This document shows positions 1 to 9,041 of a DNA stretch of 64,000 nucleotides, piece after piece. Under the pieces are notes generated by a model. It was not told where the DNA came from, searched no databases, and saw nothing but the letters and a program-made list of their open reading frames with translations. Positions within the stretch are counted from its first letter, which is position 1. Every line of letters begins with the position of its first letter. The stretch is from Gemmatimonadaceae bacterium (lineage in GTDB: Bacteria > Gemmatimonadota > Gemmatimonadetes > Gemmatimonadales > Gemmatimonadaceae): assembly GCA_051859245.1 (NCBI GenBank), contig JBHYGA010000005.1, positions 320,001 through 384,000 on the forward strand. Direction: 5' to 3'. The position numbers and the translations under genes were made by a program.

Positions 1-15
1 CGACGCGAAGAGGTC

Positions 16-2478
16 GTGCAACTCCGGAGAAAGCTGGCTGCGGTTGATCCGCTCGATTCACGCACCACGCTGCTCCTGATGCGCGCGCTCGCGGCCAACG
101 GGGAAATGACCGCCGCGATTCGGCAAGCCGCGATTCACGAAACGCTGATCCAACAGGAGCTTGAACTTCCGCCGGATCGCGAAGTGGTGGCGTACGCAGC
201 CACACTGCGCGAACAGTTGGCGCGCGGTGAGGTGACGGCCGTGCCAGCATCGGCGGCAGCACCGGCGCCAGCATCAGCACCAGCACCAGCACCGGAACCA
301 GCACCAACACCAGCACCAGCACCAGAGCCGGCGCCGGTATCAACACCAGCACCAGTCACTGCGCCAGTAATTGCGCCGGAACCACGTCACGCCCCGCCGT
401 CGCGATTTGCCTTTCGCCCGCGCGTCGCCGTGCTCATCGCGATGCTCCTGCTCACGGTTGCATGGGCCGGCTGGAGTAGTCGGGACGCTGACAGCGGAGC
501 CAAGAGCGATACCACGCTGCGCGCTGTGAACCGCGAAGGCACTGTCCCCAATATTGCCGTCGGTCTCATCGCCGATTTTCGCGAGGGAAGTGCCGGTCCG
601 GTGCGCTCACTCGCGTCGCTGCTGGCCACGAGTCTGGCGCGCGGCGATGGGTTGCGCGTGGTCAGTGCGGCGCGGTTAAGTGAACTGTTGTATCAGGGTG
701 GAACAGGCGACAGTACCGAAGCCGCATACATTGCAGCGGCTCGAAAGGCAGGCGCCGAAGAACTCATTGATGGTTCGCTGTACGATCCTGGTGATGGTTC
801 GCTGCGCCTCGATCTTCGGCGTGTCAACGTGTCGTCGGGCGAGGTGGTCGCAGCGGTCACCATTCGTGCGTCAGATCTGTTCGCATTGGCCGACAGCGGC
901 ACGGCGCGACTGCTCGATGGACTTGGTGTGCCGCCGCTGCAGGGCTCGGTGCGGGAAGTCACGACCTCATCAGCATCGGCGTTGCGTTTCTTCGCCGAAG
1001 GCGTGCGCGCGAGCGCGGCGTACGATGTGGAAGGCGCGCGTCGACTCTTTGGCGAAGCAATTCGTGAAGACTCGCTGTTCGCGATGGCAATGTACGAGTA
1101 CGCGCGTGCGAATCCGAATCGCGCGGAGCTCGCCGAAGAAATGGAGCGTGCGCTGCGACTGTCCCGTCGCGCCACCGTGCGCGAGCGCTTGATCATTCAG
1201 GCGGGCTGGGCGTCGATCATGCAGCTTCCCGGGCTGACCGAGACCGCCGACTCGTTGCTCGACATCAATCCGAACGATCCGCAGGCCCTGTTGTTCGCCG
1301 CAGAAGGTCGTTTGAACACGGGCGATCCTGAAGGAGCGCATCCGTTACTGCTGCGTGCAATCGCGAACGATTCACTGGCGCTTCGCGCCGAGCGCGGGCC
1401 CAACTGTTACGCCTGCGAAGCCGTGCTGCTGCAAATGCGCGCGTTTCTCGACCAGAACGATCCCGATGCCGCGGTTCGCGCGGGCAAGAAGTGGGTCGAT
1501 GTGCAGCCGTTGTCCGCCGACGCGTGGGGCGCCTATTCTCGCGTACTCGACTTCACTGGTCGGCTTTCGGAAGGCGAGCGCGCATTGCAGCGTGCACTGG
1601 CACTGAATCCCGCGTATCCATCCGGGTTTGTGCGACGCATCAGCAACCTGCTGCGAGGGGCGCGTTTTGCCGAAGCCGAGCAGCTCGCCCGCGAGCAAAC
1701 GACATTGGCCACGGCGGATCAGCGACTCGATGGCTGGTGGCAGCTCACCACGATCTTGCGACATCAGGGTCGCATGCGCGAAGCACTGCAAACGGCCATG
1801 CGATTTCGCGCGCTGCGTGACACGGTCGACGGTGGAAGGATGGCGCTCAATCACGCGTATGTGCCAGCCCTTGTGCTGCATGACGCTGGGCAGACGCGCG
1901 CTTCGATCGCGGTGTTTGATTCCATGGCGTCTGGCGCGATTCGGCCAGGTGAGCATCAGGCGAATGTGCGTCGGCTGCGCACCATCTCACTCACTGCTGC
2001 GGCCGATCTGCTGGCGCAACTTGGTGATACCGCATCATTGTCGGTGCGACTACGTGATATCGAAGCAGCCGGTCGCGAAAGCGGTGTTGCACGTGATACG
2101 CGCGCACATCATTACGTGCGCGGATTGTTGTATCGCGCGAGGGGACAAACAGACCAGGCAATCAGCGCGTGGCGCGCTGCGGTGGCACCGCCGCTGCGCG
2201 GCTATCACTCGCGAATCAATCTGGAACTGGCGCACGCGCTGCTGGCAAAGAATGAGCCAGAGGAAGCGATCCGCGTCATCCAGCCAATCATGCGTGATGT
2301 TGTAGACGGCATTGCGGTGACCCACACCGAAATGCACGAACTACTCGCGCTCGCACACGCAGCGGCCGGCCGCCGTGACTCCGCGATGGTGCATCGGGAT
2401 TGGGTGACCAGAGCCTGGTCGAAGGGTGAACCGGCGTTTCGTACGCGCGCGCAGCGGTTGGCGGAGCGGGTGCGCTAG
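16..2478 (+). CDS. SARP/BTAD-family transcriptional regulator with Pro/Ala linker, TM segment, TolB-like domain and TPR repeats (probably 5'-truncated by window edge)
   Basis: N-terminus matches BTAD C-terminal half (VDPLDS..LLMRALAANG..AA..LE.ELELPP); PA-repeat linker; hydrophobic VAVLIAMLLLTVAWAGW; IAV...LIDGSL...LRLDLRRV TolB-like domain; TPR helices. Confidence 0.8.
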   Translation: MQLRRKLAAVDPLDSRTTLLLMRALAANGEMTAAIRQAAIHETLIQQELELPPDREVVAYAATLREQLARGEVTAVPASAAAPAPASAPAPAPEPAPTPAPAPEPAPVSTPAPVTAPVIAPEPRHAPPSRFAFRPRVAVLIAMLLLTVAWAGWSSRDADSGAKSDTTLRAVNREGTVPNIAVGLIADFREGSAGPVRSLASLLATSLARGDGLRVVSAARLSELLYQGGTGDSTEAAYIAAARKAGAEELIDGSLYDPGDGSLRLDLRRVNVSSGEVVAAVTIRASDLFALADSGTARLLDGLGVPPLQGSVREVTTSSASALRFFAEGVRASAAYDVEGARRLFGEAIREDSLFAMAMYEYARANPNRAELAEEMERALRLSRRATVRERLIIQAGWASIMQLPGLTETADSLLDINPNDPQALLFAAEGRLNTGDPEGAHPLLLRAIANDSLALRAERGPNCYACEAVLLQMRAFLDQNDPDAAVRAGKKWVDVQPLSADAWGAYSRVLDFTGRLSEGERALQRALALNPAYPSGFVRRISNLLRGARFAEAEQLAREQTTLATADQRLDGWWQLTTILRHQGRMREALQTAMRFRALRDTVDGGRMALNHAYVPALVLHDAGQTRASIAVFDSMASGAIRPGEHQANVRRLRTISLTAAADLLAQLGDTASLSVRLRDIEAAGRESGVARDTRAHHYVRGLLYRARGQTDQAISAWRAAVAPPLRGYHSRINLELAHALLAKNEPEEAIRVIQPIMRDVVDGIAVTHTEMHELLALAHAAAGRRDSAMVHRDWVTRAWSKGEPAFRTRAQRLAERVR
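252..375 (+). repeat. Degenerate GCACCA/GCACCG hexamer tandem repeat encoding a Pro-Ala linker
   Basis: gcaccagcaccagcaccggaaccagcaccaacaccagcaccagcacca visible in DNA; APAPAPEPAPTPAPAPEP in protein. Confidence 0.85.
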
Positions 2479-2484
2479 TAAGCG

Positions 2485-3018
2485 CTATGCTCCACCAAAC
2501 GCCGCCGCAGCAAACAACAGGATTGCCACGAACACAGCGATCGCACTCTTGATCGCCGATGCCATCGCGCGGCCGAGCAGTGCACCAGTGGCCGCGCGCG
2601 CAGGATCGCCGCGTGTCTCGCGTGCGGTGAGCCACTCACCAATGAAGGCGCCAGCAAACGTGCCGATGAATGCGGCCACCAGTGAACCAAGCACCGGCAC
2701 TGGCACACCAATGATCGCACCGGCTATACCACCAACGATCGCGCCCCACGCGGCCCGCTTTGATCCGCCGTACTTGCGCGTGTATCGTCCGGACACCGTA
2801 AACTCGAGGACTTCGGCGCACACCACGAGTACTGCGGCGATCAGAAAGGTCACCAGACCGATGCCTCCGGTTGGCACCAGCATCCAGTAGAACAGACCAG
2901 CGCCGAGCATCACCCACAAGCCCGGTAAGCCGATCGGTACGAGCACGAGTGCGCCAAAGAGACTCGCACCAAGCAGTGTCAGCGCAACGCCGGTCGAAAG
3001 TGTTGAGAGAGCGTCCAT
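2485..3018 (-). CDS. DUF456 (YqgC-like) membrane protein
   Basis: Hydrophobic protein with GLPG, RKYGGSKRAAWGAIVGGIAG and G.F.GAFIGE motifs. Confidence 0.85.
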   Translation of the reverse strand: MDALSTLSTGVALTLLGASLFGALVLVPIGLPGLWVMLGAGLFYWMLVPTGGIGLVTFLIAAVLVVCAEVLEFTVSGRYTRKYGGSKRAAWGAIVGGIAGAIIGVPVPVLGSLVAAFIGTFAGAFIGEWLTARETRGDPARAATGALLGRAMASAIKSAIAVFVAILLFAAAAFGGA

Positions 3019-3090
3019 ATCATGCCGTACGTGCGCAGGACGCCCGCGGGTTCAGTTCACAGCCGGCGCGGCTCGGCGATAAGTTGGAGC

Positions 3091-3756
3091 ATGCGTCTCT
3101 CCCTGATCCCACTCGCGGCCATCGTCTTCGCTGCCACGGCGGCGTGCGGCTCGACAGAAACCGGCAACACGCAGTCAGAATCCAATCCCGCAGACGCGGC
3201 GCTGCTGAGCCCCGATCCGGCAGCACTGACCGCCGCAGCACCGGATTCATTCACTGTAACGTTTGTCACAAGCGCGGGCGATGTGGACGTGCTGGTACAC
3301 CGGCGTTGGTCGCCGCGCGGTGCTGATCGACTGCACTATCTGGCGTCGCACGGATTCTTCAACGGTGCGCGCTTCTTTCGTGTGGTGCCGGGTTTTGCGG
3401 TGCAGTTCGGTTTGAGTGGTCGCCCCGATGTGGATGCGGCCTTTGAAAAGCTGGAGTTTGAAGACGAACCCGTGAAGGTCAGTAACCGTCGCGGCACGCT
3501 GGTCTTTGCCACGTCGGGGCCCAACACGCGATCCACGCAATTGTTCTTCAATCTCGTGGACAACGACTATCTCGACGATCAGGGGTTTTCGCCCGTCGGA
3601 GAAGTGGTGCAGGGAATGGATGCGGTGGATCGCATCAACCCGGAATATCTCGAACAATCCAACGTTCAGCGTCGCATATTGCGCGAGGGGAACGATTTCT
3701 TTCGCGCGCGATTCCCCGCACTCGACTCGGTGGTGAGCGTGAACATAAAGCCCTGA
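3091..3756 (+). CDS. Cyclophilin-type peptidyl-prolyl cis-trans isomerase, predicted lipoprotein
   Basis: FFRVVPGFAVQFG, N.RGTLVFATSGPNTRSTQLFFN, GEVVQGMDAVDRI; signal MRLSLIPLAAIVFAATAAC from ATG 3091. Confidence 0.9.
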   Translation: MRLSLIPLAAIVFAATAACGSTETGNTQSESNPADAALLSPDPAALTAAAPDSFTVTFVTSAGDVDVLVHRRWSPRGADRLHYLASHGFFNGARFFRVVPGFAVQFGLSGRPDVDAAFEKLEFEDEPVKVSNRRGTLVFATSGPNTRSTQLFFNLVDNDYLDDQGFSPVGEVVQGMDAVDRINPEYLEQSNVQRRILREGNDFFRARFPALDSVVSVNIKP

Positions 3757-4283
3757 GGGCTGACGCTGAACTGCACATCGTTCCACGCTTCGTACTTGAT
3801 CAGGGAGCCCACGATCCCGCCAATGGCGAGGCCGGCAACGGTCGCGGTCACGGCTTCCGGGCCAACGGAAATAGGCCCGATCCTGAGCCCACACCGCGGT
3901 TCCGTGTTTGCATCACACGGTCCTTGATTGTTGTTGCGCGGCTCACCGGTAGCGAGCCCTACAAGCACGCCGATCGTGAGGCCAACGCCGACGCCGTATT
4001 TCGTGGCGCGCGTGCGACCGCGACTGATATTGAGTCGTGACACATCACGAAGTGCAAAACGGGTCGAGCCGCCATTTTCCAGCGCCACCTGAATGGTGTC
4101 CGGTGACAGGGCATGGAACAGGCCGATCGTCGGCGTGCCAATCGCACCGCGCGGATCCATGGGCACCACACGTATGCGGTCCCCGCGCTCAAGCGACCAG
4201 ATGGAGACGGGTTGGGCCGAGAGTGGCGTGTGACACCACAGAGCGGCCACCACGAGTAGGCGTATCCGGATTGCGGCTGACAT
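3666..4283 (-). CDS. Hypothetical secreted/membrane protein
   Basis: Signal peptide (MSAAIRIRLLVVAALWCHTPLSAQ), LERGDRIRV Sm-like N-terminus, two Gly-rich hydrophobic segments; 3' end overlaps the cyclophilin convergently. Confidence 0.65.
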   Translation of the reverse strand: MSAAIRIRLLVVAALWCHTPLSAQPVSIWSLERGDRIRVVPMDPRGAIGTPTIGLFHALSPDTIQVALENGGSTRFALRDVSRLNISRGRTRATKYGVGVGLTIGVLVGLATGEPRNNNQGPCDANTEPRCGLRIGPISVGPEAVTATVAGLAIGGIVGSLIKYEAWNDVQFSVSPQGFMFTLTTESSAGNRARKKSFPSRNMRR

Positions 4284-4507
4284 GAGAGGCGGCTCTGCGG
4301 TATCAGCAGAAGGGGAACACTGCATTGCGCACGCCAAATATTCGCCGCGCTGCATCACCGCGATATAGTGCGGTTGACGTATGCGCCGCCGCCTGATGAC
4401 GTAGCAAGCACGCGATTGCGTCCCAAGCGCTATCTTGGAGTGCGACGCGCTCACCGGCCCGTCCGTCTCCCGCGACATCACACGCGCCTCACGTCAGGAA
4501 ACGTCCC

Positions 4508-4813
4508 ATGTCACACAACGATTCGCACACCGCTGAGCACCGGTCCTGGGAATGGGACCTCGTGATGCAATTCGAAGAAGGCTCAATTCCAGCGAAGGCG
4601 TGGCACGAAGCAACGCTCGCGGTGGTCGCGACATGGTACGCGAAGAATCAACCGCGTGCTGAGGCGGAGGAACGTTACGCCAAGTATTACCACCGCAATC
4701 GTCGTCGGCTGTTGACGCGTCTGGATAATGCGTCCATCGATATGCCGGCGATTGAAGCGGTGGACGCGGTGTGGGAATCGCTGCTCACTCGCGTACTGCC
4801 GAACGTTGATTAG
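4508..4813 (+). CDS. Hypothetical protein
   Basis: 101-aa ORF with AGGA RBS, natural composition, fills the gap. Confidence 0.65.
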   Translation: MSHNDSHTAEHRSWEWDLVMQFEEGSIPAKAWHEATLAVVATWYAKNQPRAEAEERYAKYYHRNRRRLLTRLDNASIDMPAIEAVDAVWESLLTRVLPNVD

Positions 4814-4833
4814 TCCGGTGCCGCCCTCTTTAT

Positions 4834-5685
4834 CTATGGCACTCGTCTGAAATCATAGCGCGTGCCCAGTCGCGGCCACACGTTGCCGCTCCGGCTCGCA
4901 ATCTGTAACCGCCCGTCACGAGACATCACAGCACTTGTGTTGTATTGGCTGAGCCACCGCGTGGGAAAGTACGCCGAGTCCGGCTCCACGCGCGCGACAC
5001 CGTTGTACCATTGCACGGTTCCCGACTCTCCATAAGAGGACGTGAGTCCCGTGACCGGATGTTGCAGCAGATGCCTGAGTACGTAACGCGAGTTGTGCAC
5101 CACGGCCTCAACTCCAATCACCTGAAATCTGAAATCGTCCTCCTCGTCATACGAGAACGGCGGCCGACGCCCATCGATGCTATCGAGCACGTATCGGACC
5201 GGCTCGCTGGGCGCAGTGGCGGCGAACACCGCCTCCAGTAATAGCCACGCACCCACATTCGGCCCAAGGGCAATGTCGAGGCGGCTAATGCTCGGCGGCT
5301 CACCGATTTGCCACATCCCCGAAGAGACCAGTCCGATATCACTGTTGATCGAGTTTCTGATGACTAGCAAGCCGCTTCCTCCTGATCGGCTGAAATCTGG
5401 AGTTGCCGATGTAGGCGCCCCCTGCGCGTCGAACGCAAAGACCTGAAACTGCAACGGCTGTTCAACGGGCCAGATGGTATGCCCGACTGCCTCAGTCACC
5501 AGCTGCGTGCGCGCTGGGGCACGGTGGGGTGGTGGCGCGCTGGGAATGAACTCCGGCGGATACGGCGCTGGTGGCCGCGTGACGTTACCCGGTTGCGCGT
5601 CACCGCAGGCGGCGAGACTCATTGCGGCGAAAATCACAACCGGTGTTAAACCTGACGAGCTCGCGAACGATCGCCGAGTGGTCAT
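4834..5685 (-). CDS. Hypothetical lipoprotein (Ig-like and lipocalin-like beta domains)
   Basis: Lipobox SLAAC; AGAGGTG RBS before ATG 5685; beta-rich LQFQVFAFDAQG and RYVLDSIDG segments. Confidence 0.7.
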   Translation of the reverse strand: MTTRRSFASSSGLTPVVIFAAMSLAACGDAQPGNVTRPPAPYPPEFIPSAPPPHRAPARTQLVTEAVGHTIWPVEQPLQFQVFAFDAQGAPTSATPDFSRSGGSGLLVIRNSINSDIGLVSSGMWQIGEPPSISRLDIALGPNVGAWLLLEAVFAATAPSEPVRYVLDSIDGRRPPFSYDEEDDFRFQVIGVEAVVHNSRYVLRHLLQHPVTGLTSSYGESGTVQWYNGVARVEPDSAYFPTRWLSQYNTSAVMSRDGRLQIASRSGNVWPRLGTRYDFRRVP

Positions 5686-5762
5686 GTCGCGCACCTCTGT
5701 TGGTGGTGTGGCCGCTCACGCGAGAATCTCGCATGACAGTGCACAGCAACATGTCAGCGAGA

Positions 5763-5778
5763 CGTCCACAAACTGTCT
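5763..5778 (-). promoter_or_regulatory. Putative SARP-type operator, copy 1 (AGACAGTTTGTGGACG)
   Basis: Identical to 7408-7423 in gene orientation; followed after 9 nt by -10-like CATGTT. Confidence 0.7.
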
Positions 5779-5807
5779 GGACGGCGGCTCTGTACCGATG
5801 AGGACAG

Positions 5808-7337
5808 CTACAGTCGACCGTTCGTGCGCTGCAACTCCGCAAGCGACGCAATCCACTGAGCAAGCGCCGGCCGTTCGGCGCACGCCTGCAGTTGCCAGGA
5901 CTTCACCTTCTTCCACGCGCCCAGCTGGGCGTAGAGCGCGATCAGTCGAACGGTTGGCGGTGCGAAGATGTCGGCCACGGTTTGCGGCCTGCGTTCAAGA
6001 ATTCGCGGCTCAAGCAGCGCAATGGCGCGTTGTATTTCGTCTTCACGCGCTATGGTATATCCGGAGGCGCCGCGTGCTCTCCACGCTTCCGCAAACGCGG
6101 CGGCGCCCTCAAGGGCCGGCGTGCGCAGGCGCTCGGCAACGGCCTCTTCAAGCCGCGCCTGTCGTTCGAGCAGTCGGAGCAATCGCTCACGTGCTGGACC
6201 GTGTTTGGGGTCAAGTACCAACGTTTGTCGCAACGCCGCTTCGCCGCCGGCGTCATCGCCCATGGCAATGCGAGCGGCGGCGAGCGAGCTCAGAATGTGC
6301 GGAATGTCTGGCTCCAGCGCCGCGGCTGTCTCCATCGCCCGCAGCGCGTCCTCATGCCGCTGCATCAACGTGAGCCACACGCCGTAAAATCGGTGTCCCT
6401 CAGCGTACGACGGATCGTTACTCACCGCGATTGCAAAGTGTTCACCGGCACGATCCAGTTCGTCCTTGAGATACATCGCCTCCACCGCCAGATGCACGTG
6501 CGGAATGGCGAGCGTGGGGTCGGCTTCAAGCGCGCGATAACTATACGCGATAGCGTGTGCAAACCACTGATGAAACGGTGTGAGCACTTCGCGACGCGCT
6601 GCCACCGCAAAGAAGTTCGCTAATCCGGCCAACGCTGGTGCATACGACTCGTCGAGCGCAAGCGCGCGTTCGAAGAGCACGCGACTCTGGAGCAGTTCCT
6701 CAGGTGCGCCACCGTGCGCACTGCGAAGAAACAGAAAGTTGCCGCGAATGAACAACGAATACGGATCGACACCACCAGTGCGCGCGTTTGCGGGAATCGT
6801 GCGCACCGTTTGGACGTTCAGTTGCGTGGCAACCACCGCACTGTTCAAGCGATTCTGTCGCAGTGTGTTGAGCCGGTCACGCTCGCGTGACAGCCACCAG
6901 TCGAATGGCGCGGCTTCGTCCACATGGAAACCCTCGAAGGGCTCCCCGAGATCTTGCTCATCGCGTAGCGCTCCCTGCAAGGGCGTGCGTTCGAGCTCAA
7001 GCGCGTCACATTGCAATTGCAAAGGGTCGAGCCCCACGAGACCATCCCCGGCGGCGACGATCAACTTTGGTCCGAGCAGCTGACGAAGACCGTGCAAGGC
7101 GTTGCGCAGAGCACGGCGTCCACGTTGGGCACTATGCTCCGGCCACAGCAGCGCGATAATCGAGTCGCGCGCGTGCAATCCACGCGGCCGCGCGAGCGCG
7201 AGATAGCAGAGCAGCGCCACCTGCCGCGGCTGCGTGACGAGCGATACTTCGGGCGGATCTCCGGCTCGTCGAATGGTGACCGGGCCGAGCACCCGGAGCC
7301 AAAGTGCAGCAGAAGTCACGGCAGCGTCGTCGCGCAT
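5808..7337 (-). CDS. SARP/AfsR-like wHTH-BTAD regulator with TPR repeats
   Basis: LRVLGPV, ALLCYLALA, RD.IIALLWPE, LRNALHGLRQLLG, FDWWLSRERDRL, then TPRs (ALALDESYAPALAGLA). Confidence 0.85.
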   Translation of the reverse strand: MRDDAAVTSAALWLRVLGPVTIRRAGDPPEVSLVTQPRQVALLCYLALARPRGLHARDSIIALLWPEHSAQRGRRALRNALHGLRQLLGPKLIVAAGDGLVGLDPLQLQCDALELERTPLQGALRDEQDLGEPFEGFHVDEAAPFDWWLSRERDRLNTLRQNRLNSAVVATQLNVQTVRTIPANARTGGVDPYSLFIRGNFLFLRSAHGGAPEELLQSRVLFERALALDESYAPALAGLANFFAVAARREVLTPFHQWFAHAIAYSYRALEADPTLAIPHVHLAVEAMYLKDELDRAGEHFAIAVSNDPSYAEGHRFYGVWLTLMQRHEDALRAMETAAALEPDIPHILSSLAAARIAMGDDAGGEAALRQTLVLDPKHGPARERLLRLLERQARLEEAVAERLRTPALEGAAAFAEAWRARGASGYTIAREDEIQRAIALLEPRILERRPQTVADIFAPPTVRLIALYAQLGAWKKVKSWQLQACAERPALAQWIASLAELQRTNGRL

Positions 7338-7407
7338 GACCGATAGCTTCGCACTTCCAGGGGAGCGCCGCAATGCAGAGGGCTGGCCGCGCTTGAGCAT
7401 CGCCAGT

Positions 7408-7423
7408 AGACAGTTTGTGGACG
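7408..7423 (+). promoter_or_regulatory. Putative SARP-type operator, copy 2 (AGACAGTTTGTGGACG)
   Basis: GTAGACA-gttt-GTGGACG direct repeat in 11-bp phase; -10-like CAGATT 9 nt downstream (7433-7438). Confidence 0.7.
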
Positions 7424-7472
7424 GCACGCTCCCAGATTCCTGCCAGATGTCACCTCGACTCTGGAGGATCGT

Positions 7473-8771
7473 GTGCGTACCGCCCACCCAATCGCGCTGG
7501 CCGCAGTGATGTTGTGTGTACTCGTCTCGGGCTGTAGGGACGGCGTGGGAGGGCCGGAAGACCCGGGGGAGGCGCTCACACTCGAAGCCCGAAGCGTCGA
7601 CACCATTGCCGTGGCGGGAGAGCGGTTATTCACGCCGCTGGAAGTTCGTGTGCGCCGGAACGGCAAGTACGCGGAGGGCGTGCGCGTGTTCTGGCGAACA
7701 CAATCGGGGCGCGTGCAGCCTGCTGTGTCCGTGACCGATGAACGCGGAATGGCCAGAAGTGAATGGACACTTGGCAACAGCCCGGGACCAGTCTCCGCCA
7801 GCGCTGCGACTGATGAGCAGTCTCCAACAACGGCAGTCGTCTTTCGTACCGTCGCGTACGAGCCTGTCACTGCGACAATCGATAGCGCAACCAACGGACA
7901 GCGTGCCACGGTGGGCTCTGTTCTGCCTCGTCGCTTGCGCGTGCATGTGCGAAACGCGGCGGGACCGCGTGCAGGGGTCACGGTATACTGGAGTGCTGCA
8001 GCAGGCGCGATTGGTGAGCGTTCAGTAACTGACGTACACGGCAACGCTGAAACAGACTGGCGCCTGCCAAACGCAGCTGCATTGGTGCACACCGCGTACG
8101 CATTGATACCCGGTTTCTCACAGCGGGTAATCAGCTTTTCGGCCGAGGCACTGGCGGGGCCGATTGTTCGGCTGACAACGGTGAACGGCGCCACGCGAAC
8201 CGTCATGACCAAAGCATTCTCCGCTGCGCCGCTTGTCGTTGGTGCTGTTGATGCGTTCGGCAATCGTGTCACGAGTGCACCGGTTGTCTGGTCAGTGGTA
8301 GAAGGTCCTGTCACGCTGAAGAGCAGCACCACAAGCGTGACGGACCACCTTGGATTTGCTGAGGCGGTGATTGCTTCGCAGGGCGTTGCAGGAACAGCGG
8401 TGGTGCGGGCCACGGCAGGTTCCGGAACGGTGGATTTCATTGTGCAGATTGTGCCCGGCGTCTTGCGCGTTGTGCTCGACACAGAAACCGGACGAGGGTG
8501 GCGGAGCGCGCAGAACGGAAGTCAACCTGCGCAGGACACTATTCCAGTTGGCGAAACCATTGTGTTCGGTCTGTCGATGTTTGACTACGACAATCACAAT
8601 GTGGTCAGCGTGGGCGAGCCAATGTTCGACGGGGGCGGCGAGTTCCCGTACGCGAACCCCTCCGAGGTGCGCATCACGTTTACCAAGCCCGGCTTGTACC
8701 GCTATCAGGACACGCACACGGGGGCGTTCGGAACTATCCTCGTCCTGGAAAGAAGTTCGTCGCGAGATTGA
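7473..8771 (+). CDS. Lipoprotein with bacterial Ig-like (Big_1-type) repeats and C-terminal cupredoxin-like domain
   Basis: GGAGG RBS; lipobox LVSGC; three repeats GV.V.W...G.....TD..G.A...W; C-terminal HNV...FTKPGLYRY...GTILV. Confidence 0.75.
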   Translation: MRTAHPIALAAVMLCVLVSGCRDGVGGPEDPGEALTLEARSVDTIAVAGERLFTPLEVRVRRNGKYAEGVRVFWRTQSGRVQPAVSVTDERGMARSEWTLGNSPGPVSASAATDEQSPTTAVVFRTVAYEPVTATIDSATNGQRATVGSVLPRRLRVHVRNAAGPRAGVTVYWSAAAGAIGERSVTDVHGNAETDWRLPNAAALVHTAYALIPGFSQRVISFSAEALAGPIVRLTTVNGATRTVMTKAFSAAPLVVGAVDAFGNRVTSAPVVWSVVEGPVTLKSSTTSVTDHLGFAEAVIASQGVAGTAVVRATAGSGTVDFIVQIVPGVLRVVLDTETGRGWRSAQNGSQPAQDTIPVGETIVFGLSMFDYDNHNVVSVGEPMFDGGGEFPYANPSEVRITFTKPGLYRYQDTHTGAFGTILVLERSSSRD

Positions 8772-8847
8772 CCCCGTCGTGACGTGCACGGTTCGTGCGC
8801 TGACAATTAGTGCATGGCGCAAAACGTGTGCTGTTTTGCCGAAAATG

Positions 8848-8878
8848 TGTGATGACGATTACATGAATGTGCACATTC
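8848..8878 (+). promoter_or_regulatory. CRP/FNR-like box (TGTGA-N6-TTACA) adjacent to perfect 14-bp palindrome GAATGTGCACATTC
   Basis: TGTGA tgacga TTACA at 8848-8863; palindrome at 8865-8878; AT-richer intergenic region upstream of the 9042 gene. Confidence 0.5.
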
Positions 8879-9041
8879 GCGGCCGTGTTTTCATGCACGG
8901 TTGAGCTTGCTTGCGTCGATTGCAAAGACGCGCAATCGTCTTCCGCTCACATCGCTGGCGATAGTGCTGAGTTCTCTCGCAGAACACGGCAACGTTGCAT
9001 CGCGATCTTGATGACAACACATCGTCATGAGGGGAATGCAC

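Noticed and set aside
252..375. Tandem repeat as CRISPR or non-coding array
   Set aside because: Hexamer periodicity in frame within a CDS, with no unique spacers; it encodes a Pro/Ala linker
7316..8482. 388-aa minus-strand ORF
   Set aside because: Antisense shadow of the Ig-like lipoprotein; no motifs; typical of GC-rich DNA
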